Of a stretch of 64,000 bases of DNA, positions 1 through 10,424 are shown piece by piece. The stretch comes from Planctomycetia bacterium (lineage in GTDB: Bacteria; Planctomycetota; Planctomycetia; Pirellulales; PNKZ01). A program made the position numbers and the translations under genes. The notes beneath the pieces are model-generated. The model was not told where the DNA came from and did no database searches. It saw only the letters and a program-made list of their open reading frames with translations. Within the stretch, counting starts at the first letter, position 1, and each line of letters begins with the position of its first letter. Location: NCBI GenBank assembly GCA_021413845.1, contig JAIOPP010000100.1, positions 44,165 through 108,164 of the forward strand. Reading direction: 5' to 3'.

Positions 1-1366
1 AAACGACCGAGGCTCCCAGCAGCAACAGACAGACGGCTCGCAAGCCGCGCCGGTTTGCACAGGCATCGACTGCCGGCAACATCATGGCCGACCACAGCGG
101 CGCGAACCAAAAGACCCAGCGGAAACCGGAAGCGACGCCGCCGTAGTTGCGATCGATCAACGACCGCGAAAGATAAAACGCCAAGCAGACGACCGAGGCG
201 AGCGCGATCGCGGCGGCGATCGGGCGGAGCGGCTCGTTACGACGTCGGCATAGTTGCCCCAGGCCGGCGACCGTGAGCAGCCACATCGGCGTGAGCGAGA
301 AGATGCCATGGTGTCCGACCAGCACATGCAGCGCATAGCGCGCGCGCGACGGCTCTCCACGATCGACCCCTTCCGGAATATCCGACCAATGGCTATTGCG
401 CACGACGCCGTCTTTGCGGAACTGATAGAGATACCAATTGTTGTCGGGATCGCGCCGGCCGTAGGGAGGCATGACGGTCCCATGCGCGGCATAGTTCGTT
501 CCGCACGACGCGACGGCGACGACGAGCGCCGCCGGCAAGAAGCCGAGCAACGTTTGGCGTGGAAACTTCACCAGCAACCCCACCGCGGCGATCGCCGCCA
601 GCGATAAGGCCGGCAATTCGTTGGCCGCCATGAACGCTGCGAAGAACCCGGCTTGCGCGAAACGGCGTAAGCGTAGGTCTCCTTCGACGACGATTCTTGC
701 CACGGCATCGAGCAGCACCATCGCCGACGCGGCCGCGATTAGGTGGTTGTTCAACGAGATGGCGAAAGTCGTTTGCATGCTGCCGAAGATCGCGCCGGCG
801 ACGACGAACATCCGGCCGAAATCGGTGCGGCCGTAGCGTTCGACGTACCGCGCCAATAGCAGCCACATCAAGACGATTGTCGGAATATTGATCGTCGCGA
901 GCATGAACCGGCCGACGCCGTACGGGTGTTCGCCGAGCGAGTAGCCGGTGAGTCGGTAGATCAGCCAGTATTCCCCGGCGATCAGCGTCGACAACAGCGG
1001 CGGCTTCGACGAATAGAGGTGTCCTTCATCAGGGCCCGGGGCGGCACGGCCGGCGTCGTCGTGCTTCACGACATCGATCGACGCCCAATTCGGTTCGGCG
1101 AAAATGTCGTCGATGACATACGTCCCTTTCTCGACGAGCGACCGGATCGTCAGCCACCGGCTTCGATCGTTGGCGCTGAGAAACGGCAACTTCTTCTGCC
1201 AGTCGGCTCGGCCTTGATTGAAGAGGTGGTTCTCGAGTCGGCCGGAATCGACGGCATCGACGGCCATGATGCGGCCGAGCAAACCGGCCGCTCCGACGAC
1301 GATCAGAATCGCATAGATGCTGCGACGGAGCGCGGAGTTGGGATCAGGGTCGGCCTGAATGGACAT
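1..1366 (-). CDS. Polytopic membrane protein, putative GT-C-type (lipid-linked sugar) glycosyltransferase; 3' end runs off the window
   Basis: Not in the ORF track. Translated by hand from ATG 1366: MSIQADPDPNSALRRSIYAILIVVGAAGLLGRIMAV...PFLSANDRSRWLTIRSLVEKGTYVID...YSSKPPLLSTL...NNHLIAA...GHHGIFSLTPMW...RNYGGVASGFRW. It stays open to position 2, has many hydrophobic helices and follows GT2 and flippase genes. Confidence 0.75.
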   Translation of the reverse strand, partial: MSIQADPDPNSALRRSIYAILIVVGAAGLLGRIMAVDAVDSGRLENHLFNQGRADWQKKLPFLSANDRSRWLTIRSLVEKGTYVIDDIFAEPNWASIDVVKHDDAGRAAPGPDEGHLYSSKPPLLSTLIAGEYWLIYRLTGYSLGEHPYGVGRFMLATINIPTIVLMWLLLARYVERYGRTDFGRMFVVAGAIFGSMQTTFAISLNNHLIAAASAMVLLDAVARIVVEGDLRLRRFAQAGFFAAFMAANELPALSLAAIAAVGLLVKFPRQTLLGFLPAALVVAVASCGTNYAAHGTVMPPYGRRDPDNNWYLYQFRKDGVVRNSHWSDIPEGVDRGEPSRARYALHVLVGHHGIFSLTPMWLLTVAGLGQLCRRRNEPLRPIAAAIALASVVCLAFYLSRSLIDRNYGGVASGFRWVFWFAPLWSAMMLPAVDACANRRGLRAVCLLLLGASVV

Positions 1367-1421
1367 CGCCGGCGTTTGCATAGAGGTGTCGACCAACGAA
1401 TCGTCGCGAAAGGAAGAACGC

Positions 1422-2392
<971 letters not shown>

Positions 2393-2396
<4 letters not shown>

Positions 2397-3439
2397 GGAG
2401 CGTGCGTCGGCGAAGTGGAGGAGGGTTCGGAGCTCGGCGGCGGGGCGGCGGCCTTCGTTCGCAATTGATATAGAATAATCGAAACCGCGAGTTCGGCCAC
2501 CAGCCAAACCAAGCGAACGAGAATCGCCGTGACCATCGCCGCGGCATTGCCGTAGATCCAGCCGAGCACGCTGAAGAGGACGCCGTCGCGCACGCCGAAT
2601 CCGCCGGGAATGAACGACAAAAACCCGATGACGACCGATAAGGCCGCGGCAATCGTGCCGATCGTCCACTCTTCGGCGAGCGACCTGCCCGAGGTGAAGC
2701 CCGCTCCGCGCGCCGTCGCCCAGATGCTGAGGCCCATCATAATCCACGCAACCGTCATCAACCCCCAACCGCTCAGGAAGGTGGCAAGGCCGATGCGGCG
2801 AAGTTCGTGCGAGGCCGTGGCTTCGTCCCCTTTGCCGCTCCGCAAGCGGCGGACGATCTGCTCGAACACCGGTGGAATCGTCGGCAGGCCTGTGATGCCG
2901 ACCATCGCGAGGGATCCCCAGAGCCAGTCGGTGCGCTCGGGATACTTCAGCACGATGACCACGGCCGAGACCATCGCTCCGACCGCCATCATCGTAAATG
3001 TTTCGTAGAAGACGCTCACCGCGGCCAGCGCCGGCTTGGCGCCATGCACGACGAGCATGCTCGTCCGCATGACGACGACCATCGCCTTGCCCGGCACGTA
3101 TTTGCCGAGATGCCCGATGTAAAACGCCCTGACGACGGCGCTCGTCGGCACGCGCTGCCCGAGGCCGGCGAGGATGCGTCCCCAAAAAATGCCGCATGGG
3201 AGTTGGCCGAGAGAATAGAGAGCTGCAGCGAGCGCGAGCCAAGACCAACGCAACTCTGCGGGCGACCAACGGCCGGTGCGGATGTTTTCTTGCAGGCTTT
3301 CCCAACCATGCAGGAGAGCGCCGTGAATAAACCAAGCCACGACCGCGAGCAGCGCGAGTTTAGCGACCGTAATAATCCGGCGCTTCGCAAGAGGATTGTT
3401 TTTCGCGAAGCTTTGGATCGCTACCAGCGGACTCGGCAC
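2393..3439 (-). CDS. Lysylphosphatidylglycerol synthase TM-domain / UPF0104 flippase-like membrane protein
   Basis: GHLGKYVPGK and FIPGGFGVRDG motifs, about 8 TM helices. Confidence 0.85.
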
Positions 3440-3653
3440 GGCGACTTGCTCGCTATTTCAGACACGCGCCGAAGCGCAAGAGCTTGTGGATTACCGCGTA
3501 GACCGCAGTTGCCGGCCGCTAACGACGAGGCCGGGCCGGGCGTCTACGCAGAGACGAAATGGAGAAAGCCCAATTCTGTCGGCTGAGAGGGCATCGCACA
3601 AGCAGGCGGGAGTGCCGAGCGAGAAAGTGCTTGTAGCAGCGACGTGCGCGAAG

Positions 3654-4094
3654 CTAGTTCGTCTTCTCGCGCGTCAACGTACAGGAACGGGTGATCGTGC
3701 CGGCGCTCGTGAACTTCGGCGTGATCCAGGCGTTGTTCGTGAGGTTCACGGAAACGGTCACGGTCACCGTGGTCGTAGCGTTGGTGATCGTCGTCGGGTT
3801 GATCGTCACGGTGCCGCCGGTGATTAAGTTGGCGGATAAAACCGTGTTCACGGCCGCCGTCGTGTTCGCGGCCGTGGCGCCCGGCACGATCGCGCGGCGG
3901 CAGCCTTGGTAGCTGGAGAGGGCGACGGCATTGACGATCTGGTTGCAACGCGCGAACTCGATCGCTCCGCAGAACAGCGTGAAGAGCAGCGGGCAAACGA
4001 TCGCGAATTCGACCGTCGTCGTGGCCTTGCGATGGCGCTTACGACGTAAAAGTCGCGGCACGGCGTTCGGCGTTGGGGCGATTCGATGTTGCAT
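3654..4094 (-). CDS. tadE: TadE-like pseudopilin
   Basis: Basic leader followed by ATTTVEFAIVCPLLFTLFCGAIEFAR. Confidence 0.85.
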   Translation of the reverse strand: MQHRIAPTPNAVPRLLRRKRHRKATTTVEFAIVCPLLFTLFCGAIEFARCNQIVNAVALSSYQGCRRAIVPGATAANTTAAVNTVLSANLITGGTVTINPTTITNATTTVTVTVSVNLTNNAWITPKFTSAGTITRSCTLTREKTN

Positions 4095-4141
4095 GACCGT
4101 GAGTTCTCTGCTCGGGCGAATTCATCAAACCGGAATGAGCG

Positions 4142-5350
4142 TTACTTCGTCAACACCACGGGCAGCGTGTAGGCCAAGTCTTTGAAGGCGGCATCCAAGC
4201 TCGCGGCATCGGTGGCATAGTAAAACTTTCCGCCTGTCATGGTGGCGATCGTTTGCGTCGTGGTTTGATCGGCGTTCTTCAGGAAGCAGACGCAATGGAC
4301 CGTGATGTTCGCGTCGACGCAGTCGTCGGCGGCATCGATCGGATCGCGGCCCGCGTTCCATTGACCGTCGGTCATGAGAATCATGACTTTCTTGGCATAG
4401 CTCTTCACGCTAGGGCCGGTGAGGACCGTCCGGCCTGCGTCCATCCCGGCCGACATTTCCGTGCCCCCGAGCATGACGTTTAGCGACTTCGCATGCACGG
4501 CGTTGTAGACCGCGTTCATGTCGGTGGTGAGGCCGAGATCGGTCGTGCAACCAACCGAAGTTTGGCCGGTTAGGGAGTATTCCGTCGTGCTCTTGTCGAC
4601 GTCGTCGGCCCAGGTGACCACGGAGACGCGCGGCGGAGCGTTAGCGGTTTTCAAAATCGTGCAAAACGAATTGATCGCGGTATCCAACGCCAACCAACGG
4701 CTCCCGGTGGTCGGCTTGTTTTTGATGGCCGTGACCCAGTCCAGCAAATAAGGGAGCGGATAGCTCCAAGCAGTGCCGGTTTGATCGAAGCACATCGAGT
4801 GCGAACGATCGAGCACCAAGCAGACTTCGCACGCGAATGCCGAGGCGACGGAAGTGTTGCTGGTCGTGAAGGTCTTCGTGCCGAAAACCGGTGCGAAAAA
4901 GAGATTCACGGCTCCGTTGGCGTTGGCGCTCGACATGTTGGACGTGATCTGCATCGCTTGCGACGGCTTGGCGCCGGCCACGAACAGCCAGGAGCCGTCT
5001 CCTTGCAGCACCGATTGGCCGACGGCGATATCGGCCGAGGTGAGCGTCAGCGGCTTGCCGGCTACCGTGTTTTGCGCCGCCATCGCGATCGCGGCGCTGA
5101 TGGCCTGAGCATCCGTCTTACCTTGCACCAGGGCCGAGGTTCCGGCCTTGCTGGCCGCGTCGGTCGAGGCCTTGAGCTGCGTTTGCACGAGTTCGATATA
5201 AGAAATGTCGATCGAGAAAGCCGCCATCGCCATCAGCACGACGACGAACAGGGCGACCAGCGCCAACACCGCGCCGCGGCGCTCTTTGCGGCTTCGCAGA
5301 CGCAACGTGGATGGAATGGATTCGCCGTTTCGAAGTTCATCGCGATGCAT
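4142..5350 (-). CDS. TadG-like pilus protein with von Willebrand factor A domain
   Basis: RRGAVLALVAL prepilin-like N-terminus; MIDAS motif LVLDRSHSM; ILMTDG. Confidence 0.85.
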   Translation of the reverse strand: MHRDELRNGESIPSTLRLRSRKERRGAVLALVALFVVVLMAMAAFSIDISYIELVQTQLKASTDAASKAGTSALVQGKTDAQAISAAIAMAAQNTVAGKPLTLTSADIAVGQSVLQGDGSWLFVAGAKPSQAMQITSNMSSANANGAVNLFFAPVFGTKTFTTSNTSVASAFACEVCLVLDRSHSMCFDQTGTAWSYPLPYLLDWVTAIKNKPTTGSRWLALDTAINSFCTILKTANAPPRVSVVTWADDVDKSTTEYSLTGQTSVGCTTDLGLTTDMNAVYNAVHAKSLNVMLGGTEMSAGMDAGRTVLTGPSVKSYAKKVMILMTDGQWNAGRDPIDAADDCVDANITVHCVCFLKNADQTTTQTIATMTGGKFYYATDAASLDAAFKDLAYTLPVVLTK

Positions 5351-5407
5351 GGTGTGCTTCTTTATAAATGAGGCGGAAACTTGTCCGACGCTTGCTATGA
5401 CGAAATT

Positions 5408-5887
5408 CTAGAGATGCGGAATCGTGATTTTTGCGGAAAGGGTCGGGCTGCCGATGTAGCCGAAGACGAGCGAGTTCGAAGCAAACGGAGCCGAAACCGT
5501 TACGACGATCGTCGTGCCGATCGGCGTTGCGGTGGTGACGGTTGGCGAGATGGAGACGGTGCTGTTCTTGATGCCGAGACTCGTGAGCACGGCGTTGGCC
5601 CGCGTTTGGGCCGTGACGGAAGTTCCGCCGATCGCAGAAGCGACGTTCGCGGCTTCGTACGAGGCCGAGGTCAACGCTTGTTGGACGAACACGGCATTCG
5701 ACGCTTCGATCACTCCCATGATCATCGCCATGAGGATCGGCAGGCAAACGGCGAACTCGACCGTTGCGATGCCGGTGCGAGACGGCCGGCGCCGCGGTTT
5801 GCGGAGCATGACGAACGGTGCCGCCGAGATAAGCGATTGGCTTGCTTGCGACGGCGAATCGGCTGGTGAACGAATGGCCTTAGTCAT
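5408..5887 (-). CDS. tadE: TadE-like pseudopilin
   Basis: RTGIATVEFAVCLPILMAMIMGVIE...ASYEAA. Confidence 0.85.
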   Translation of the reverse strand: MTKAIRSPADSPSQASQSLISAAPFVMLRKPRRRPSRTGIATVEFAVCLPILMAMIMGVIEASNAVFVQQALTSASYEAANVASAIGGTSVTAQTRANAVLTSLGIKNSTVSISPTVTTATPIGTTIVVTVSAPFASNSLVFGYIGSPTLSAKITIPHL

Positions 5888-6560
5888 GGGGGCGGGTCAA
5901 TCCTCGTTCGGCGAGCATGTGAATGGTCCGCAGACGCTCGATGTACTGTCGTTGGGTGAACGCTCGCCCGGTCGGAAGATCGAGCGTTTGGCAACTCGGC
6001 TCGTTCGGGTATTTGACGGCGAGCGCTTTCGCCGTCTCAGGCAGGCAGAGTTGCTCGATCACGGTGAGCGCGTTCGGCGCGACCACCAGGTTTCGCAAGA
6101 GCTCCTGCCCTTCCGAGAAGTAACAAAGTCGATCCATCCGATCGAGCGCCAGTTCGAGATTCTTGATCTTCGGGATGAGGGCTTCGCCTTGCGGCGTACG
6201 CAGAAGGGTGACCAGCAGGTGGTCGTCGGCTAGTAAGACTTCTATGCCTTTCGAGACTTCTCGCACGGGGAAGCCGAGCTTTTCGAGTTGCGGAATAATC
6301 GGCGCGACGTCGCTGCGCGTGATCAGATCGCCGTCGCGATATCCGGACTTCTTTGCCAGTTGCTTCTCGACGAGGTCTTGCACGACGGCGAACGGCGGAA
6401 CTTTGCTCTTGCGCTCTTCCGCCGGCGACGAAGTTTGCGTAGCCGGTTGATCTGCAGCCGAGAGCGGAGCGGATGTCGAGATCGCGGCAAGCACCACGGC
6501 GAGCGCTGCGGCAGCACGCGGCGTAAGCACGATCGAAAGAGAGCGAGGAATGATGGACAT
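5880..6560 (-). CDS. Secreted hypothetical protein
   Basis: Signal-peptide-like N-terminus from MSIIPRS (ATG 6560); the stop overlaps the tadE start by 8 nt. Confidence 0.65.
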   Translation of the reverse strand: MSIIPRSLSIVLTPRAAAALAVVLAAISTSAPLSAADQPATQTSSPAEERKSKVPPFAVVQDLVEKQLAKKSGYRDGDLITRSDVAPIIPQLEKLGFPVREVSKGIEVLLADDHLLVTLLRTPQGEALIPKIKNLELALDRMDRLCYFSEGQELLRNLVVAPNALTVIEQLCLPETAKALAVKYPNEPSCQTLDLPTGRAFTQRQYIERLRTIHMLAERGLTRPHD

Positions 6561-6924
6561 TTTGCAAACTCGGATCATCGAACGGACGACACATTCGTGC
6601 GAAGGACGCTGGAAACCCTCGCGCAAGAGAGGCGCCCATAGTCCCGTATAGAATGTGTAGGTCGAAAAAGGACCTTCTGCCGGCGAAAGTTTTCAACCTG
6701 GTAGGGATAGTCCGAAGGTTGCGAATGCGCCGGTCGTCGAGCGCTCTTTCGGGTTGCGGTTTTTCCGTTCGCACCGTAATTAACGTCGCCGCTTTCGGCG
6801 TCCGCAGCGTATTTCGCGACGGAATTGCGGGGCGATGCGCGACGATCGAGAGGGAAATATGGCGTTTTCCCCGAAAGTCCTGCTATAAACAGCGACGGGC
6901 GGAAATTAACCGGGGATGTGAATC

Positions 6925-8487
6925 ATGGCCGATATCGTGCTGATTAATCCTCGCTTCGAGATTTCCTTTTGGGGGCTCGAGCTGGCTCTGCCGCTTTTGG
7001 GAAAGCGCGCCAACCTGCCGACGGCTTGCTTGCCGCTGTTGGCGGCGCTCACGCCCGGCGAACATACGGTCACGCTCATCGACGAAAACGTCGAGGCGAT
7101 CGATTTCGCGCGCTTGGAAAAGGCCGACATCGTCGGCGTGACCGGCATGAATGTGCAGCGGCATCGGATGCGCGAGATTCTCGTTGAGTTGAAAGACCGT
7201 GGAATCTTTACGGTCGTCGGCGGCCCTTGGGTCACGGTTCAAGAAGATTATTTCGGCGAGCTGGCCGACGTGATCTTCATCGGCGAGGCGGAAGACACCT
7301 GGCCGCAGTTTCTCAAGCAATGGGCCGCCGGCTCGCACGGCAAACGCTACGAGCAACTTCAACCGACCGACATGACGAAGGTGCCGCCCCCCCGCTTCGA
7401 TCTGCTTAAGATGCGCCACTACGCGTTCGGCAGCTTGCAATTCTCACGCGGCTGTCCGTTTCAATGCGAATTCTGCGACATCATCATCACCTTCGGACGC
7501 CGACCTCGGCTCAAGACGAACGAGCAGGTGATCACGGAAATCGAAGAGATGCATCGGCAAGGAATGTCGAGCGCGTTCATCGTCGACGACAATCTGATCG
7601 GCAATAAAAAGGCGGTTAAGGTTCTGCTGGCGAAGGTAAAGGAGTGGCAGGAAAAGAACGGCTATCCGATTACGTTCTTCACCGAAGCCTCGATCGATCT
7701 GGCCGACGATGCCGAGCTGATGCAGGCGATGGTCGACTGCAACATCACGGGCATCTTCATCGGCGTCGAGAGCCCGAACGAGGCCTCGTTGCGGGAAACG
7801 AAAAAGTTTCAGAACGTGCGGAGCGGCGGCACGATCGTCGAAAAGATTCATCGCATCCAAGACGCCGGGCTCGACCCTTGGTGCGGGATGATCGTCGGGT
7901 TCGACGCCGACGATCGGACCATTTTCAAAGCTCAGTACGAGTTTCTTAAACAATCGCGCATCTTGCATGCGATGGTCGGCTTGCTGTATGCCGTGCCGAA
8001 AACGCCGCTGCATAAACGACTCGCGGCCGAGGGGCGGCTCGATTACGACGATCAGCCGGTCTTCGGCACGAACGTCATTCCCGCCCAAATGAGCCGCGAG
8101 GAAATGCGCGACGGCTATATCGATCTGATGGCGTCGGTCTATGAGCCCGACTTCTACTTCGAGCGATTAGACAGTTTGTACCTTAGCGAAAAGTTCCGAC
8201 TCGGAGCTACTCGCGAAAAGTATGCAAAATCGCATTTCTTCACGAGGATCAAAGGGCTGGTCGCCGAGTCCGTCAAGTCGGCCTATGTGTTTATGAAGTT
8301 GATGCGCGAAGTGCCCGAGGCCTCGCTTCGTAAGGAATATCGCCGCCGGATCGGGCATTTCTTAATGCAGCGCCGCGATCCGTTCATGCTCTTCATCTAC
8401 ATTCTTAAGTGCGCGATGCACTATCACCACTACACGCTCACCCGGCAGATGGCGAGTCGCGAGACGGGCGTCGTAAGTACGTTCTAG
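6925..8487 (+). CDS. Cobalamin-binding radical SAM protein (DUF4070 / HpnP-like methyltransferase family)
   Basis: N-terminal B12-binding domain (VVGGPW), CPFQCEFC triad in FSRGCPFQCEFCDI, VDDNLIGN, FTEASIDLA. Confidence 0.88.
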   Translation: MADIVLINPRFEISFWGLELALPLLGKRANLPTACLPLLAALTPGEHTVTLIDENVEAIDFARLEKADIVGVTGMNVQRHRMREILVELKDRGIFTVVGGPWVTVQEDYFGELADVIFIGEAEDTWPQFLKQWAAGSHGKRYEQLQPTDMTKVPPPRFDLLKMRHYAFGSLQFSRGCPFQCEFCDIIITFGRRPRLKTNEQVITEIEEMHRQGMSSAFIVDDNLIGNKKAVKVLLAKVKEWQEKNGYPITFFTEASIDLADDAELMQAMVDCNITGIFIGVESPNEASLRETKKFQNVRSGGTIVEKIHRIQDAGLDPWCGMIVGFDADDRTIFKAQYEFLKQSRILHAMVGLLYAVPKTPLHKRLAAEGRLDYDDQPVFGTNVIPAQMSREEMRDGYIDLMASVYEPDFYFERLDSLYLSEKFRLGATREKYAKSHFFTRIKGLVAESVKSAYVFMKLMREVPEASLRKEYRRRIGHFLMQRRDPFMLFIYILKCAMHYHHYTLTRQMASRETGVVSTF

Positions 8488-8735
8488 GTTGGCGGTCTTT
8501 TAGAGCACGGCTTTTTGCCTCGAATGCCGCAGAATGCCACCCATCGACGAAAGCCGTTTGCCAATCCTGCCGGCTTTCGTCATTCTTATCCATGCTTGTG
8601 CGGAGGTGAATCGGGCCGCGCCACGCGCAGTCGACGATCCGCGGCTTACATAGCTTGCCGTGACTCCATTTTCCGCGCAGCCATTGATAGACCCTGAACG
8701 AAGCGGCAGACCTTATCTTGCTCGGAGAAGCCCGC

Positions 8736-10163
8736 ATGGCGCGGATGGTTTCGCTCGGTGTGTTGGTTGTCTTGATCGTCGTGATCGGCTTCTTGTCGTA
8801 CGAAGTGATGGCGACTTTTTTGTTGCCCTTGTTTCTTGCGGCGATGCTCACGGTGTTGTTCCACCCGGTCAACGACTGGATCGCAAAGCGATGCCGCGGC
8901 CGCACGAGAATCGCCGCCGCCCTGACGACCTTATTGATCCTCCTAGCCGTGCTCTTGCCGTCGTTGGCCTTGGGAGGCTTGGCCGTTTCGGAGTCGTCGG
9001 ACTTGTTTAGACGTCTCGATCGCGACGACATCTCGCGCAAGATCGCGATGCTCCAAAATCGCCTCTCGCTCGGGCCCCCTCCCGCGCCGGTGATGGGGGC
9101 CTTAGATCGGATCGATCGATCGCTACATCGGGTCGAAGAGCTTCCTCGTAGCTTGCTCGAAGCTGCGGAAGAACGCTCACGCTTGATCGAAGAAGCACAG
9201 AAGCAAATGAAGATCGACAGCGATCTCATTCAAGAAAAGCTCGGCTTCGGCGAAGGCCCTGCCCAGCCGTCGGACGCCGCAGCCGTTCCCCCGCCGCAGT
9301 TGAAAGCGGCTTGGAACACTTGGGTCGCCGCTTGGAGCGAGCCGAAGCCGGCCCCTTCCGATGTCGAGGCCTGGGAAGCGGCTTGGCGAAAGTCGTACCT
9401 CGCGCTCGACGCCTTTCGCAACGAGCTCCTCGGCGGGCCTCTGGCTGCCGCCGTGAAGCGGTTCGTTAATCTAGAGCCCGATCAACTCGACAAGCTGCTC
9501 GATCGGGCACGCTCCGCCGCCGGCCCCTTGGCGCTCGGCACGACTCAATACGTCGGCGGTCTCCTGGTGCAACTCATCATCGGTTTGGTCGTGATGCTGA
9601 TCAGTTGCTACTACTTTCTTGCCGACGGCCGCGCGATGCTCGCCTCGCTGACCTTGCTCACGCCGCTCGACTCGAAGCATGTCGAAAAGCTGCTCGCGGA
9701 GTTCGGCAACCTCACGCGCGCCGTCGTGTTGTCGATGTTCCTTGCAGCGCTGGCGCAGGGCTTTCTTGCCGGCATCGGCTATCTCTTCGTCGGGCTCGAT
9801 TCGATCTTCCTCCTCACGCTGTTGACGATGCTCTTCGCGCTGCTGCCGCTCGTAGGAGCGACGGCCGTATGGGGCGGCTGCTCGCTCTGGCTCTATTTCA
9901 TCGACGGCCGGCCCGGCGCAGCGATCGGTCTCGCGATCTACTGTGCGATCGTCGTTTCGCTCGCCGATAATCTGATTAAGCCCTTGGTGCTGCAAGAACG
10001 CTCGAACATGCATCCTCTGCCGGCATTGCTGAGCGTGTTGGGGGGAGTCGAAGCGCTCGGGCCGATCGGTGTTTTCGTCGGGCCGATGGTGCTCGCGCTG
10101 CTACACACTCTGTTGGTGATGCTCCGAACGGAGTTGGCGAACTTCGAGAAGCGCAAGACGTAG
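8736..10163 (+). CDS. AI-2E family transporter with a large soluble insertion
   Basis: YYFLADG, ADNLIKPLV, HPLPALLSVLGG...GPIGVFVGP; GGAG RBS before ATG 8736. Confidence 0.88.
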   Translation: MARMVSLGVLVVLIVVIGFLSYEVMATFLLPLFLAAMLTVLFHPVNDWIAKRCRGRTRIAAALTTLLILLAVLLPSLALGGLAVSESSDLFRRLDRDDISRKIAMLQNRLSLGPPPAPVMGALDRIDRSLHRVEELPRSLLEAAEERSRLIEEAQKQMKIDSDLIQEKLGFGEGPAQPSDAAAVPPPQLKAAWNTWVAAWSEPKPAPSDVEAWEAAWRKSYLALDAFRNELLGGPLAAAVKRFVNLEPDQLDKLLDRARSAAGPLALGTTQYVGGLLVQLIIGLVVMLISCYYFLADGRAMLASLTLLTPLDSKHVEKLLAEFGNLTRAVVLSMFLAALAQGFLAGIGYLFVGLDSIFLLTLLTMLFALLPLVGATAVWGGCSLWLYFIDGRPGAAIGLAIYCAIVVSLADNLIKPLVLQERSNMHPLPALLSVLGGVEALGPIGVFVGPMVLALLHTLLVMLRTELANFEKRKT

Positions 10164-10424
10164 TAGAGCGTAACCGCGCGTTGTCGGGCATCGAAGCGTG
10201 GCCGCGTCGGTCTCGCACTAAACCCCCGATTTCGAGCTTGTGGCAAAACGCGAAACGGGGCTAAGATGCGACCCGCCGGGGGCATGCGACGGTACGCGAA
10301 GCTATTTCGCGCACCGTTGAACACACATCCCAGTCGCCGGTTTTACGCTGTTTTAGCCCCTTCGCACGTTGAGTTCACTCCCCCTTACAACTGCGCTGCA
10401 CGGCAACGTCGCAGGAGTCGTTTA

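Noticed and set aside
2397..3335. N-terminal 300-aa extension of the 1422..3335 ORF
   Set aside because: It is an Arg-rich off-frame read-through of the flippase gene; the GT2 domain starts at GTG 2396.
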